A stretch of 59,428 nt of DNA, filler included. It is 5 parts of 5 records of this genome, joined end to end, with 100 filler letters (N's around TTAATTAATTAA, not from the genome) between each part and the next. Parts side by side here need not be neighbours in the genome. Positions count along the whole stretch, not along the records: positions 26,041 to 40,489 come from SRR20825019_2440; 4 more parts are not named here. The stretch is one strand, 5' to 3'. Numbering within the stretch: position 1 is the first letter of the stretch; each line of letters begins with the position of its first letter. The notes under the pieces are model-generated. The model did not search any database, was not told the origin of the DNA, and was given only the letters and a program-made list of their open reading frames with translations. Shown here piece after piece: positions 31,799 through 40,589 of the stretch. The position numbers and the translations under genes are program-made.

Positions 31799-33769
31799 AT
31801 GAATGAGCGATCTTCAAAGCCCCTGTCGCCGGTGTTGGCCGGGCCTGTTCTCCGGCATACCTCTCTCAACCGGCTTACGCTCTGGCTGGTCGGCTCCTGT
31901 GCGCTCGCCCTGAGATTGCGCCTGTACCTGCAAGATGCGGATGAGCCATGGATGGACCGGGTACTGACAGAGAAGGACGTCACCAGGGTGCGATTCGGCG
32001 CCTCCGCCTACCTCTATCTGATCGACGTTGGATTGAACGACCCGTTGCCAGCCAACACGCGCATCGGTTACGACCTGGGCGTTTCGGACGACACCGTGGA
32101 TTCGGTCGGGAGCGACGAGCGATGGATACGGGAATGGGCGCCACACCTGTGCCTGCCGGGCGCCGAGCGGCCTGACTTCGTGATCCGGGAGCGATTGGAC
32201 CGGATCGCCCATGGTTCCTGCCGGCGGCCCCATTCCGCCGCTGCCGACGGTATGGTGAGAGTGGATCAATCGTTACTGGAAGCTGAAGGCGATATCACAG
32301 AGCGGCCAGCATTGTTGTTGATGACCGGCGATCAGATATACGCGGACGATGTCGCTGGCCCCATGCTGCGGGCCATACACCAACTGATTGACCGCCTGGG
32401 CTTGTACGAGGAAACGCTCACCGGCGGTTCGGTCAGCGACAGCAAAACCCTGCGGGAAAACGCAGACACCTACTTTCACAGGGAAAAGCTGCTCCCGGAT
32501 GTGCGTAGCAATGAAGCGCTGATCGAGCGATTCTTCGGCGGTGTGCGAAAACCGGTGTTCACCACCGCCAATGCCCACAACCACCTGATTTCCCTCAGCG
32601 AAGTGATGGCCATGTACCTCTTGGTGTGGTCGCCTGTGTGCTGGGAACTGGTCGAACGGGACCAGCCTGCGCTGGCTTCCAAGGATGCCGCCGTTTTTCA
32701 GGACCAGCAGGCCGCCATCGATGACTTCGTCGCTGGCCTGCCACAAGTTTCCCGGGCGCTGGCACACTTGCCTACCTACATGATCTTTGACGATCACGAC
32801 GTGACCGACGACTGGAACCTGTCTGCCCTTTGGGAAACCACCACCTATGAACACCCGTTTTCCCGGCGCATCGTTGGCAATGCCCTGGTGGCCTACCTGT
32901 TGTGCCAGGGCTGGGGCAACAACCCTGACGTCTTCGATGACATCATGCCGGCCATCAAGGAACTGGCCGCCTCCGCAGAGCAGGGTGGCGTGTTTAATCA
33001 CGCCGGGCAGGACCAACTGATTGATGATCTGCTGCAGTTTCAGCAATGGCACTACTCCCTGCAGACGTCACCTAAAGTGGTGGTGCTGGATACCCGCACC
33101 CGCCGATGGCGAAGCGAGCTCAATCGGGCGCGGCCTTCCGGCCTGCTGGACTGGGAAGCGCTGACCGAATTCCAGCAGGATGTGATGGGCGAAGACGCTG
33201 TCATTGTGGTGTCGCCTGCGCCCATGTTTGGTGTAAAACTGATTGAAGCCATCCAGAGTGTGTTCACCTTCTTCGGCAAACCCTTGGTGGTGGACGCTGA
33301 AAATTGGATGGCCCACCGGGGTGCTGCCAACGTTCTGCTCAATATCTTCGGCCACTCCCGCACACCGGAAACCTTCGTGATTCTCTCGGGTGACGTACAT
33401 TACTCATTCGTCTACGATGTTCGACTGCGGCACAGGCCGGAACGGCCCAGAATCTGGCAAATTACCAGCAGCGGCCTCAAGAACGAATTCCCCCACACCC
33501 TTATGGAGTGGCTGGATAGGATCAATCGCTGGTTGTACGCGCCCTGGTCCCCGCTGAACTGGTTTACCAAGCGCCGGCGCATGCGAGTGAGCCCCAGGCT
33601 GCCCGAGGGGCGTGATGCTGGCGAACGGCTATGGAACAACGCCGGTATCGGCTTGGTAGAGCTGGATGGAACCGGTGCGCCAACCAATATCCAGCAACTG
33701 AATTCGCGCTCTGGCGGCACACGTTTCCTGAAACCGGAACGCCACGGCCCCGACGACCATTCCCACTAA
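31799..33769 (+). CDS. PhoD-like alkaline phosphatase D family protein
   Basis: HGSCRRPH, GDQIYADD, MIFDDHDVTDDWN and LSGDVHYS. Confidence 0.85.
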   Translation: MNERSSKPLSPVLAGPVLRHTSLNRLTLWLVGSCALALRLRLYLQDADEPWMDRVLTEKDVTRVRFGASAYLYLIDVGLNDPLPANTRIGYDLGVSDDTVDSVGSDERWIREWAPHLCLPGAERPDFVIRERLDRIAHGSCRRPHSAAADGMVRVDQSLLEAEGDITERPALLLMTGDQIYADDVAGPMLRAIHQLIDRLGLYEETLTGGSVSDSKTLRENADTYFHREKLLPDVRSNEALIERFFGGVRKPVFTTANAHNHLISLSEVMAMYLLVWSPVCWELVERDQPALASKDAAVFQDQQAAIDDFVAGLPQVSRALAHLPTYMIFDDHDVTDDWNLSALWETTTYEHPFSRRIVGNALVAYLLCQGWGNNPDVFDDIMPAIKELAASAEQGGVFNHAGQDQLIDDLLQFQQWHYSLQTSPKVVVLDTRTRRWRSELNRARPSGLLDWEALTEFQQDVMGEDAVIVVSPAPMFGVKLIEAIQSVFTFFGKPLVVDAENWMAHRGAANVLLNIFGHSRTPETFVILSGDVHYSFVYDVRLRHRPERPRIWQITSSGLKNEFPHTLMEWLDRINRWLYAPWSPLNWFTKRRRMRVSPRLPEGRDAGERLWNNAGIGLVELDGTGAPTNIQQLNSRSGGTRFLKPERHGPDDHSH

Positions 33770-33796
33770 AACAACCATTGAAAAGGCAGAAACACC

Positions 33797-34300
33797 GTGA
33801 ACCCACTCAAAAAACTGGCCGCCAGCGCCCTGATCGCCTGCAGCACCCTGATCGCCACACCCGCACTTGCTCACGACTATTCCAACGAAAACGTCACCAT
33901 CGACCACCCCTGGAGTCGCCCAACACCCCCGGGTGTGCCCGTGGGCGTTGGCTACATGGCCATCACCAACCACAGCGATAAAGACATCACCTTCACCAGC
34001 GCCACCACACCCAGGGCGAAGAACGTCTCCATTCACGAAAGCGCGATGAAAGACGGCACCATGACCATGCGCCCGCTGAAAGACGGACTGACCATCCCCG
34101 CCGGCGACACCGTGGAATTGAAACCCCACAGCTATCACCTGATGCTGGAAAAGCTGGAGGCGCCTTTGAAAGAAGGGGAGAGCATACCGCTGACGGTGAG
34201 CTTTGAGGGCGCCGAAACCATGGAGGTTGAACTGAAGGTTGTGCCGCTGGATGGGGAGATGAAGATGCAAGGGGATGGGATGGATCATTCCGGGCATTGA
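33797..34300 (+). CDS. Copper chaperone PCu(A)C
   Basis: Signal peptide; HE....M.M and L.P..YHLML motifs; His/Met tail. Confidence 0.9.
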   Translation: MNPLKKLAASALIACSTLIATPALAHDYSNENVTIDHPWSRPTPPGVPVGVGYMAITNHSDKDITFTSATTPRAKNVSIHESAMKDGTMTMRPLKDGLTIPAGDTVELKPHSYHLMLEKLEAPLKEGESIPLTVSFEGAETMEVELKVVPLDGEMKMQGDGMDHSGH

Positions 34301-34315
34301 CCGATGGGGGCTGGA

Positions 34316-34487
34316 GTTATACGAACGCGTTCGTATAACGCCGAATCCAGTACCTTGGGTGCGCCATTTAAGTTTATGAACTATATTGGGTTTTTGGGGC
34401 AATATTCGGGAAGGTATGTGGAGTTATGCGAATGCTGGATATACGCCCGGATTTTTGCGAACGAGTTCGTATAACACGCTGTTATGC
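34316..34487 (+). other. Integron attI-like region with four GTTATRCGAA motifs
   Basis: 24-bp perfect palindrome 34316-34339; GTTATGCGAA 34423-34432; TTCGTATAAC-acgct-GTTATGC 34466-34487. GTTATGC complements the GCATAAC that starts attC1. Confidence 0.65.
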
Positions 34488-34505
34488 TTTAAAGCGGAGT
34501 TTGAA

Positions 34506-34892
34506 ATGAAGTCTTTCCTGTTCGCGGTTTTGCTTTTGATCTCCGGTCATGCATTTGCTGCTGATACCTATGCATTTTGCCAAGCGCAGATTGATCAAAT
34601 GCGAGAGCTGACTTCCTACCCAATAGAAAATTTGAATGCGTACAAGGGGATGCTCGCAAAAACCACCTCTTTAGAGGAGCTGGGGGAGCTGACCGGCAAA
34701 GACTATGCTCAATTCGTTCCAATGGCCCAGAAGCATCAAGGGATCACTCGAGCCGAGGCGGAAGTTAAAACGCTGGAATTATTCAAGACCATAGAGATAA
34801 ATGCGTTGAGCCGGGCTATTAAATTCCACGGCCTTTCGGATGAGCAAACATGGAGCACGCTTTTTGATAGATGCGTTTCGGAAAATCAATAG
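34506..34892 (+). CDS. Cassette 1: secreted hypothetical protein (128 aa)
   Basis: GGAG SD, signal peptide MKSFLFAVLLLISGHAFA; stop overlaps attC1. Confidence 0.8.
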   Translation: MKSFLFAVLLLISGHAFAADTYAFCQAQIDQMRELTSYPIENLNAYKGMLAKTTSLEELGELTGKDYAQFVPMAQKHQGITRAEAEVKTLELFKTIEINALSRAIKFHGLSDEQTWSTLFDRCVSENQ

Positions 34893-34990
34893 CATAACCA
34901 ACTGTTGTAGTTCGTTCCAGGCCTATCGGCCGTCCACCGGACGCCTACTACGCTGCGCTCCGTAAGCGCCGCTAAACCAGGGCGTTAGGC
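34892..34990 (+). mobile_element. attC site 1
   Basis: GCATAAC ... imperfect inverted repeat ... GTTAGGC, 99 bp. Confidence 0.85.
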
Positions 34991-35032
34991 TTTAGATTGT
35001 AAAAGGGCTTTGCAATATTATTGAGGATAGAA

Positions 35033-36037
35033 ATGCTAGGAGAGTTGATTTCAGAGTTGCGGCTTCAGGCAGCTGATCGCATTAGAAACCCTTTACTTGG
35101 ACCATTCACTGCTGCTTGGATGGTTTCAAACTGGAAGCTTCTAGCGGTACTTATCGGAAGCAGTGCAACTGTTGAGCAGCGGATTAGCATTATTGAACAG
35201 AACTATCTAAATATTAATAACCTATTGATTGCTCCACTTCTATTCGCAATCTTCTATGCGCTCGTTTTGCCTTGGATAAACTTTGCAATCCAAAAACTCC
35301 AAGAAGTAGCAAACCTGCACAGGAGAAAGCACAAGCTAGAGGTTGATACTGATTTTTTAGTGGCCTCTGTTGCGAGAGCTGAAGCTCAGGCAAACCTGAA
35401 TAGAATTTTAACCAAAGACCAGTTGGCCCGTGAGCAGCAGGACGAGATCAATCAGCTGAAGAACGAGTTAACCGAAATGCAGAACCTTGCACAAACTCGT
35501 ATCGCTGAGAAAGAGGCCGAACTGGAAAAGAGAAAACAGGAGTATGAGAAGAGAGCGTATCGAGACACTTCAGAGGCAGAGAAAGAGAAACAAAAAATCG
35601 AAGCTCTCAGAGATCAGTTACAGAGTGAGCGGGACAAAGCGAGATATGAAAGTGAGCGTGTGAGAGCGGAACTAGAGCATAAGCAGCGAGAGATAGAAAA
35701 GAGCCTTAGTGATGGTTTTGCCTATCAATTGGCTGAGAGTAACGCTGATTTTGAGAGCCTCCTAATGTCGAAGAGGTTCAGACTTTTTTACAACCCAAGC
35801 ATGGGGTTGGATCAATCCAAGAATATTAGGTTCGGGCCTGGTGGCAAAATCAGTGAGGGAGGGAATGACAACGAGAATACATGGAGAATTGTAAATGGAA
35901 AGCTTGAGCTAGTTCAGGCCGATGGGCATGTACACAGTCGATTTTTCTATCTTCCAGATAGCCAGATGTTTATACACACAGGCGACAACGATACTAAGTC
36001 GATTCGTGGCCAATATATAATTCCAGATGGGAAGTAG
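35033..36037 (+). CDS. Cassette 2: membrane-anchored coiled-coil protein with a C-terminal beta domain
   Basis: GAGGA SD before ATG 35033; two TM segments followed by a long E/K/R-rich coiled coil. Confidence 0.8.
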   Translation: MLGELISELRLQAADRIRNPLLGPFTAAWMVSNWKLLAVLIGSSATVEQRISIIEQNYLNINNLLIAPLLFAIFYALVLPWINFAIQKLQEVANLHRRKHKLEVDTDFLVASVARAEAQANLNRILTKDQLAREQQDEINQLKNELTEMQNLAQTRIAEKEAELEKRKQEYEKRAYRDTSEAEKEKQKIEALRDQLQSERDKARYESERVRAELEHKQREIEKSLSDGFAYQLAESNADFESLLMSKRFRLFYNPSMGLDQSKNIRFGPGGKISEGGNDNENTWRIVNGKLELVQADGHVHSRFFYLPDSQMFIHTGDNDTKSIRGQYIIPDGK

Positions 36038-36119
36038 GCCTAGCAATGCCAATCAGTGCGAACCATTTTTCATTCCGCTTTGCTCCATTACAAATGGTTG
36101 CCTGTTGGCGGCATTAAAA
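36038..36119 (+). mobile_element. attC site 2 (degenerate core sites)
   Basis: GCCTAGC (expected GCCTAAC) ... AACCATTT/AAATGGTT stem ... ATTAAAA (expected GTTAAAA). Confidence 0.7.
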
Positions 36120-36135
36120 CTTAAGGGGCGGGAAC

Positions 36136-36259
36136 TTGGCTCTCGACCTTTCATAAAAAACTTAATCCAGATGCCCTACAAAAAGACTTTGATGTTTATA
36201 CCAAAAAACCAGTTCTACCTGACTGTATTCAGAGTATCGAGGTGGTGTCTGGGTATTAG
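36136..36259 (+). pseudogene. Cassette 3: internally deleted gene remnant
   Basis: SD + TTG start at 36136 is out of frame with a 44-codon frame that ends in TAG immediately before attC3. Confidence 0.45.
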
Positions 36260-36321
36260 TTTTAACAAATGCGGTCAAGGGAAGCTCCTGACGTCGCGCC
36301 CCTGCCGCTGGCGTTTTAGGG
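36260..36321 (+). mobile_element. attC site 3 (59-be-sized)
   Basis: TTTTAAC ... GCGGtCAAGGG/CCCCTGCCGC stem ... GTT(TT)AGGG. Confidence 0.75.
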
Positions 36322-36340
36322 TATAAGTTGAGGAAATTCT

Positions 36341-37126
36341 GTGACTCGGCCTATCAGTACTCCCGAAGAGAAAATCGCTGGCTCAGAGCTTCTTTCTCAC
36401 CTGGCCGCAATTGGCAGGTCGGTAACACCTATTGAGCGAGAAATACCGGATAGGCCAGATTTGTGCTTCCTTCTTGATCAGTTTCGTGTTGGCTGTGAAT
36501 GCGTACAGGTTCCGCCTGCTCGAGTATTTAAATACCTACATACACGATTCAAGCAACTAGAAAAATCAGACGCGGCGGCAGTTCGAATTATCTGGCCTCA
36601 GGAGCAGCATTTCTGGATTAAAGAAGCCATCGAGTCGAAGAACAAGAAGATTGGAGCGTACAAGAAAAATTGTAATGCAGATAAGATCTGGTTGCTCATT
36701 CATGATCCCCTAGCCCAGAACATAAACCTAGTTCGGTCTGACAATGATGAAATTATGCACCTAATTAAATATTCTGCGAATAGACATTCACATGGCTTTG
36801 ACGAGGTCTATTTTTTCTCAAAATTTTCGGGTGTGACCAAGATCTTCCCAGTGAGTGATGCCTGGGCGTCTGTGAACTTTAATTTCTCTGATGGCTATCC
36901 TACTTCTGGCTTTGTGCAGGGAAGAGGAAAATATACTACCACAGCCCATGGAGCGGAGCCGAGAGTTTACGATTATGGCATCGTGACGCCAGAAATAATC
37001 GAAGTTCCGCCGCAAGATCCGGAATTCAGAAAACATCGGCCGAGCTATAAACTACAGAATTACCGACTTACGATAGTTACGGGGGCGACCAGTGCCGAAG
37101 CTAAATTCGACCCCGTTGATGAGTAG
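36341..37126 (+). CDS. Cassette 4: hypothetical protein, PD-(D/E)XK nuclease-like
   Basis: GAGG SD + GTG; PDRPD...GCECVQ...KNKK...Y...WLLI; followed by CCCTAAC, which matches GTTAGGG. Confidence 0.7.
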   Translation: MTRPISTPEEKIAGSELLSHLAAIGRSVTPIEREIPDRPDLCFLLDQFRVGCECVQVPPARVFKYLHTRFKQLEKSDAAAVRIIWPQEQHFWIKEAIESKNKKIGAYKKNCNADKIWLLIHDPLAQNINLVRSDNDEIMHLIKYSANRHSHGFDEVYFFSKFSGVTKIFPVSDAWASVNFNFSDGYPTSGFVQGRGKYTTTAHGAEPRVYDYGIVTPEIIEVPPQDPEFRKHRPSYKLQNYRLTIVTGATSAEAKFDPVDE

Positions 37127-37458
37127 CCCTAACCCATATGAGCCTTCTATGAATCAATAGGCAATAGTCATTTTTTTGGCCGCGCCAGCGGCCAACCCAA
37201 ACCGTGAGCGAGAACGCCTTCTTCGTCAGTCTTGTGGGGCTTCAGGTACTCACAGCAAACACACATAGGGGCTCTCTTGCGTCGCTTTAGGCCACGGCCC
37301 GGCCGGTCGTTCCAACGGGGGTAGAGGCACCAGCTATTAAGCCTTCAATCCCATTCCGAGGGCGTGCATACCGCAAAAAATAGGGCTTTTGAGCCTAGCC
37401 AACCTTTGGGTTAACATTTGGCAGTCGTACGGAACTCAAGGAAAGGAGAGCAGGACAC

Positions 37459-37791
37459 ATGGAATGTCCAACCATTTCCGGACTTCGGCTGGACTCCGAA
37501 GATCTGGAGGCTATCGAAGCCATTCGAAATGCGCAGCGCAATGGGAATATGCTGGAAATCATGTTGCCGGCAGGTGTTCTAACCACTATTTTCCTCGGCA
37601 ACAACTCCGCACAGGCTGCGTACAATATCCACTCCACGGATTGGGCTCAGTTTGCAGAAGCAATGACCCACATTTCACCGATGGTCAAAAAAAGAATTGT
37701 GACCATCTCCCAGATGCAACGTTTACGCGCTGGCTTGTCCTACGAGCAGACTCAATTCTGGCGGGCAGTCGAGGCGGGGTGTCAGCCATGA
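37459..37791 (+). CDS. Hypothetical protein
   Basis: AGGA SD; 110-aa ORF with ATGA overlap into the next gene. Confidence 0.7.
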   Translation: MECPTISGLRLDSEDLEAIEAIRNAQRNGNMLEIMLPAGVLTTIFLGNNSAQAAYNIHSTDWAQFAEAMTHISPMVKKRIVTISQMQRLRAGLSYEQTQFWRAVEAGCQP

Positions 37792-38297
37792 GAATGGGTA
37801 AAGCAGCTATTGTTCTGTGTTTAAGTTGGCTTTCCGCATCATGTCAGGCCGGGGATGCGTCTATCTCTCAGCAGTATATCGAGTCAAATATAGAGCGATT
37901 GGAAGCGGCGATCGTGAGGTGTGATTCAAAGGCTGCTGAAAACGGCATGCCGGATTCAGACGTTTTCGATCTACTCCGGCAGTACGAGTATGAAGAAGTG
38001 CGAGTCTTTCTTATTACCCGAAGTGCGGCGATGGCGAATGAGTGCCAAAATCCCCACCTGACTGATTTGGCATACACAATCGGCATGCTAGAGGCATCTA
38101 CTGCCTACGCTGAGGTCGAGGATTTGATTTCCAGCGTGAAACCCCTGATGTATGGAAAGGAAACGTGGGCGCTCAAGGAAAGGTATCTTCAGTTGCCTGA
38201 CGACATGAGGAAAAATCTCGAGTCGATACCGTACTTCCAGAAGCCTTTTCGTGATATTCCGATAATCGAAAGGCTGGAATCTGCGAATGGGCTGTAA
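37788..38297 (+). CDS. Secreted/lipoprotein hypothetical protein
   Basis: Start reassigned to MRMGKAAIVLCLSWLSASC; overlaps the previous stop. Confidence 0.65.
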   Translation: MRMGKAAIVLCLSWLSASCQAGDASISQQYIESNIERLEAAIVRCDSKAAENGMPDSDVFDLLRQYEYEEVRVFLITRSAAMANECQNPHLTDLAYTIGMLEASTAYAEVEDLISSVKPLMYGKETWALKERYLQLPDDMRKNLESIPYFQKPFRDIPIIERLESANGL

Positions 38298-38369
38298 AAA
38301 TTCGCTGTACATGGATGGCTGATACGCCGCTCCGTTCTGTAAAAACCATCGGTGAGCTTCGCATTAACG
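38292..38369 (+). mobile_element. Decayed attC-like relic
   Basis: TAAAAATTCGCTGTAC.TGGATGG ... CCATCGGTGAGCTTCGCATTAAC retains the attC layout, but both core sites are mutated. Confidence 0.45.
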
Positions 38370-38385
38370 TCCACGGAAGACCAGA

Positions 38386-38844
38386 GTGAAATTCGAAGTA
38401 TCGAGCAAGCTTGAAATCAGTCCAGATGAGGTCAGCGAGCTTCTCACCATGAGAGGAGTAAACTCGGAGCTGAGCCCTCTTATACGCATGACCGCGTCTC
38501 CCCAATGGGCTAACCGACCGATCTTCGAGTGGCCTACGGGGCGAGTGCTTTTTTCGAGCTGGATACTGCTTTTTGGGATCATCCCGATCGACAGGCACAC
38601 GTTCTTTTTCCAGAGCATGGATCGTCAACGGGGTTTTGCGGAGACGTCCTACTCTTTAACCAACAAGTTGTGGCATCACTGTAGGGACATTGATTGTAGT
38701 AGGGCAAACTGTCTGGTTACCGATACTGTTGAGTTCCAATGCAGAGTGCCCCTACTGACATACCTTCTCGCGCCAGCTTACCGGTTCGTCTTTCGGCACC
38801 GTCACAAGGTGCTAAGGTCATGCTATGGGGGCAGTGCAGCTTAA
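38386..38844 (+). CDS. SRPBCC-like hypothetical protein
   Basis: GVNSELSPLIRMT, WILLFGIIPIDRH and FVFRHRH motifs; ends at GCTTAAC. Confidence 0.65.
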   Translation: MKFEVSSKLEISPDEVSELLTMRGVNSELSPLIRMTASPQWANRPIFEWPTGRVLFSSWILLFGIIPIDRHTFFFQSMDRQRGFAETSYSLTNKLWHHCRDIDCSRANCLVTDTVEFQCRVPLLTYLLAPAYRFVFRHRHKVLRSCYGGSAA

Positions 38845-38929
38845 CCAGTCAACTAACTGTAGTTCCGCCGGTGCTGCAGGAAAGGGATAAAGCCCCATTT
38901 CGGCGTTTTGAATCAGGGAGTAGCCATCG

Positions 38930-39352
38930 ATGGAGTGGCGCAAGAACGAATACCTTATCACCGACGACAAATCCCGGGTGCAACTGGATGTTGTCCACCG
39001 CTTGCTTGCCGCAACCTATTGGGGGAGCCGCCGTCCCAGAGAAATTGTGGACAGTATGGTTGCTGGTTCCATTTGCTTCAGTCTTTACTGTGGTTCCAGG
39101 CAGATTGGTTTCGGGCGAGCCGTCACCGACAGCGCTACGTTTACCTGGGTAGCGGATATTGTCGTTGAGCCTGAGTTTCGGGGTGCGGGACTGGGGCAGT
39201 GGATTGTGGAATGTTTGGTTGCGCATCCGGCCATCAAGGGCACTCAAATGGTATTGCAAACCCGTGATGCTCAAGGGTTGTATGAGAAGTTTGGCTTTTC
39301 TGGGAACAGTGCTCTCATGAGCACCACAACGTTACTGGTTTATAGAGAGTGA
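38930..39352 (+). CDS. GNAT family N-acetyltransferase
   Basis: QIGFGRAVTD, DIVVEPEFRGAGLG and LYEKFGF. Confidence 0.9.
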   Translation: MEWRKNEYLITDDKSRVQLDVVHRLLAATYWGSRRPREIVDSMVAGSICFSLYCGSRQIGFGRAVTDSATFTWVADIVVEPEFRGAGLGQWIVECLVAHPAIKGTQMVLQTRDAQGLYEKFGFSGNSALMSTTTLLVYRE

Positions 39353-39672
39353 TTGAAATCACGGTAGCCTCGGCACTGATCGTCCTGTACTTGGTCTTGA
39401 ATCGTGAGGATGTCTACGAGGTGCAGGTTGCCTATGCATCAGCTTTCATGGTGATTTATCTGGCGATCTATTTGTACGTTCCCCCCAAACTGGGGATAAC
39501 GGCTACTCATTTGGGCCATATTTTCGGGTTTGTCCCGGCGGTCTCCTTTGGGGCAATTCTGTTCCCGGAATTGAATGCTCGATTTCCGGTCGGAGTTACC
39601 AGGTTCTGTGGATGGCTTGGGTTGGTGGTGGTTTTCTCAATCCTTTGCGTTTTGAAGGTCTTTGTTTGGTGA
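39349..39672 (+). CDS. Small integral membrane protein
   Basis: Four hydrophobic segments; GTGA overlap with the GNAT stop. Confidence 0.6.
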   Translation: MIEITVASALIVLYLVLNREDVYEVQVAYASAFMVIYLAIYLYVPPKLGITATHLGHIFGFVPAVSFGAILFPELNARFPVGVTRFCGWLGLVVVFSILCVLKVFVW

Positions 39673-39804
39673 GCATTAGCCTTACTGGTGCTCTGTCACC
39701 AAGTTTGTAAGTGTTTGTATGGGTATATGGTGAAACCACGATGTACTTCGCAGTTGTAACTATGAAACGGCTTTTGCGGCCGTTTATGGCGGGTGTTCGA
39801 TGAA

Positions 39805-40395
39805 ATGACGATTTCCATCCCTGGTATAAGAAACAAACATGGCGCCACAACTGCGGATGTGGTTGCAGAGCAGATTGCGCTTTGCAAAGCGAACCTTTTT
39901 ACAATTGAGAAGGTTGCTTTTTTTCGCAGGCCCAGAGAAAAGCGAGACGAAATCAATCGCAGGTTGAGAGGGTGTCATGATTTCATGGGTATGGCTGGTT
40001 CTCGAAAATTCGGCTGTCTCTATCGCGAAGTGGGTCTAAATCCTGAGATCCCAGTAGTCTGCGAACACGCTATTCCGGTATCAGCAATGGTGTCCTTATA
40101 CGAGGCAGGAATTCCCTTTGAGGAGTTAGTATTCTTCCCAGTAGCTCGAATTGCCAGAACCTCAGATCAAAAGTTTGGCCGCCTAGGCCTCACAAAATCT
40201 GGGCATGACCTTGAGCGGCCGTTCTTGCGCTACCATACCGCCGGAATAGAGGTTGAAACCCACTTCGGTGAAAAGATTTCCTGTAAGGACTGGAGCATTG
40301 AAGATCATTGGAACTTGGTAGATGAAACGCCGGAACTCTCAAACATTCGACAAGAAGTGATGGATAAGCTCTCAGTCGATCAATGTACGGTGTGA
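39805..40395 (+). CDS. Hypothetical protein with an EHxIP (HNH-like) motif
   Basis: About 200-aa ORF with CEHAIPV and PFLRY..AGIEV; start uncertain (39793 or 39805). Confidence 0.6.
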   Translation: MTISIPGIRNKHGATTADVVAEQIALCKANLFTIEKVAFFRRPREKRDEINRRLRGCHDFMGMAGSRKFGCLYREVGLNPEIPVVCEHAIPVSAMVSLYEAGIPFEELVFFPVARIARTSDQKFGRLGLTKSGHDLERPFLRYHTAGIEVETHFGEKISCKDWSIEDHWNLVDETPELSNIRQEVMDKLSVDQCTV

Positions 40396-40489
40396 AAGCT
40401 ACGTTACATTTTACGGCTCCGATCTTGAGGTTTATACGGCAGAGCCGTATATTCTGGTAATGCTATTCATCGAAACCTCAACGTTCACC

Positions 40490-40589
40490 NNNNNNNNNNN
40501 NNNNNNNNNNNNNNNNNNNNNNNNNNNNNNNNNTTAATTAATTAANNNNNNNNNNNNNNNNNNNNNNNNNNNNNNNNNNNNNNNNNNNN
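40490..40589. other. Artificial contig spacer
   Basis: 44 N + TTAATTAATTAA + 44 N. Confidence 0.98.

Noticed and set aside
22790-33769. Apparent cluster of phosphatases (choice-of-anchor I, histidine phosphatase, PhoD)
   Set aside because: Spans two unrelated contigs; no evidence of a shared locus
37134-37400. Possible complete attC4 or ncRNA after cassette 4
   Set aside because: Only the CCCTAAC half-site and short hairpins are visible; no matching arm or recognisable RNA family
37389-38297. 302-aa ORF in the track
   Set aside because: The 5' part overlaps 37459-37791, which has a better SD; the real gene probably starts at 37788 with a signal peptide
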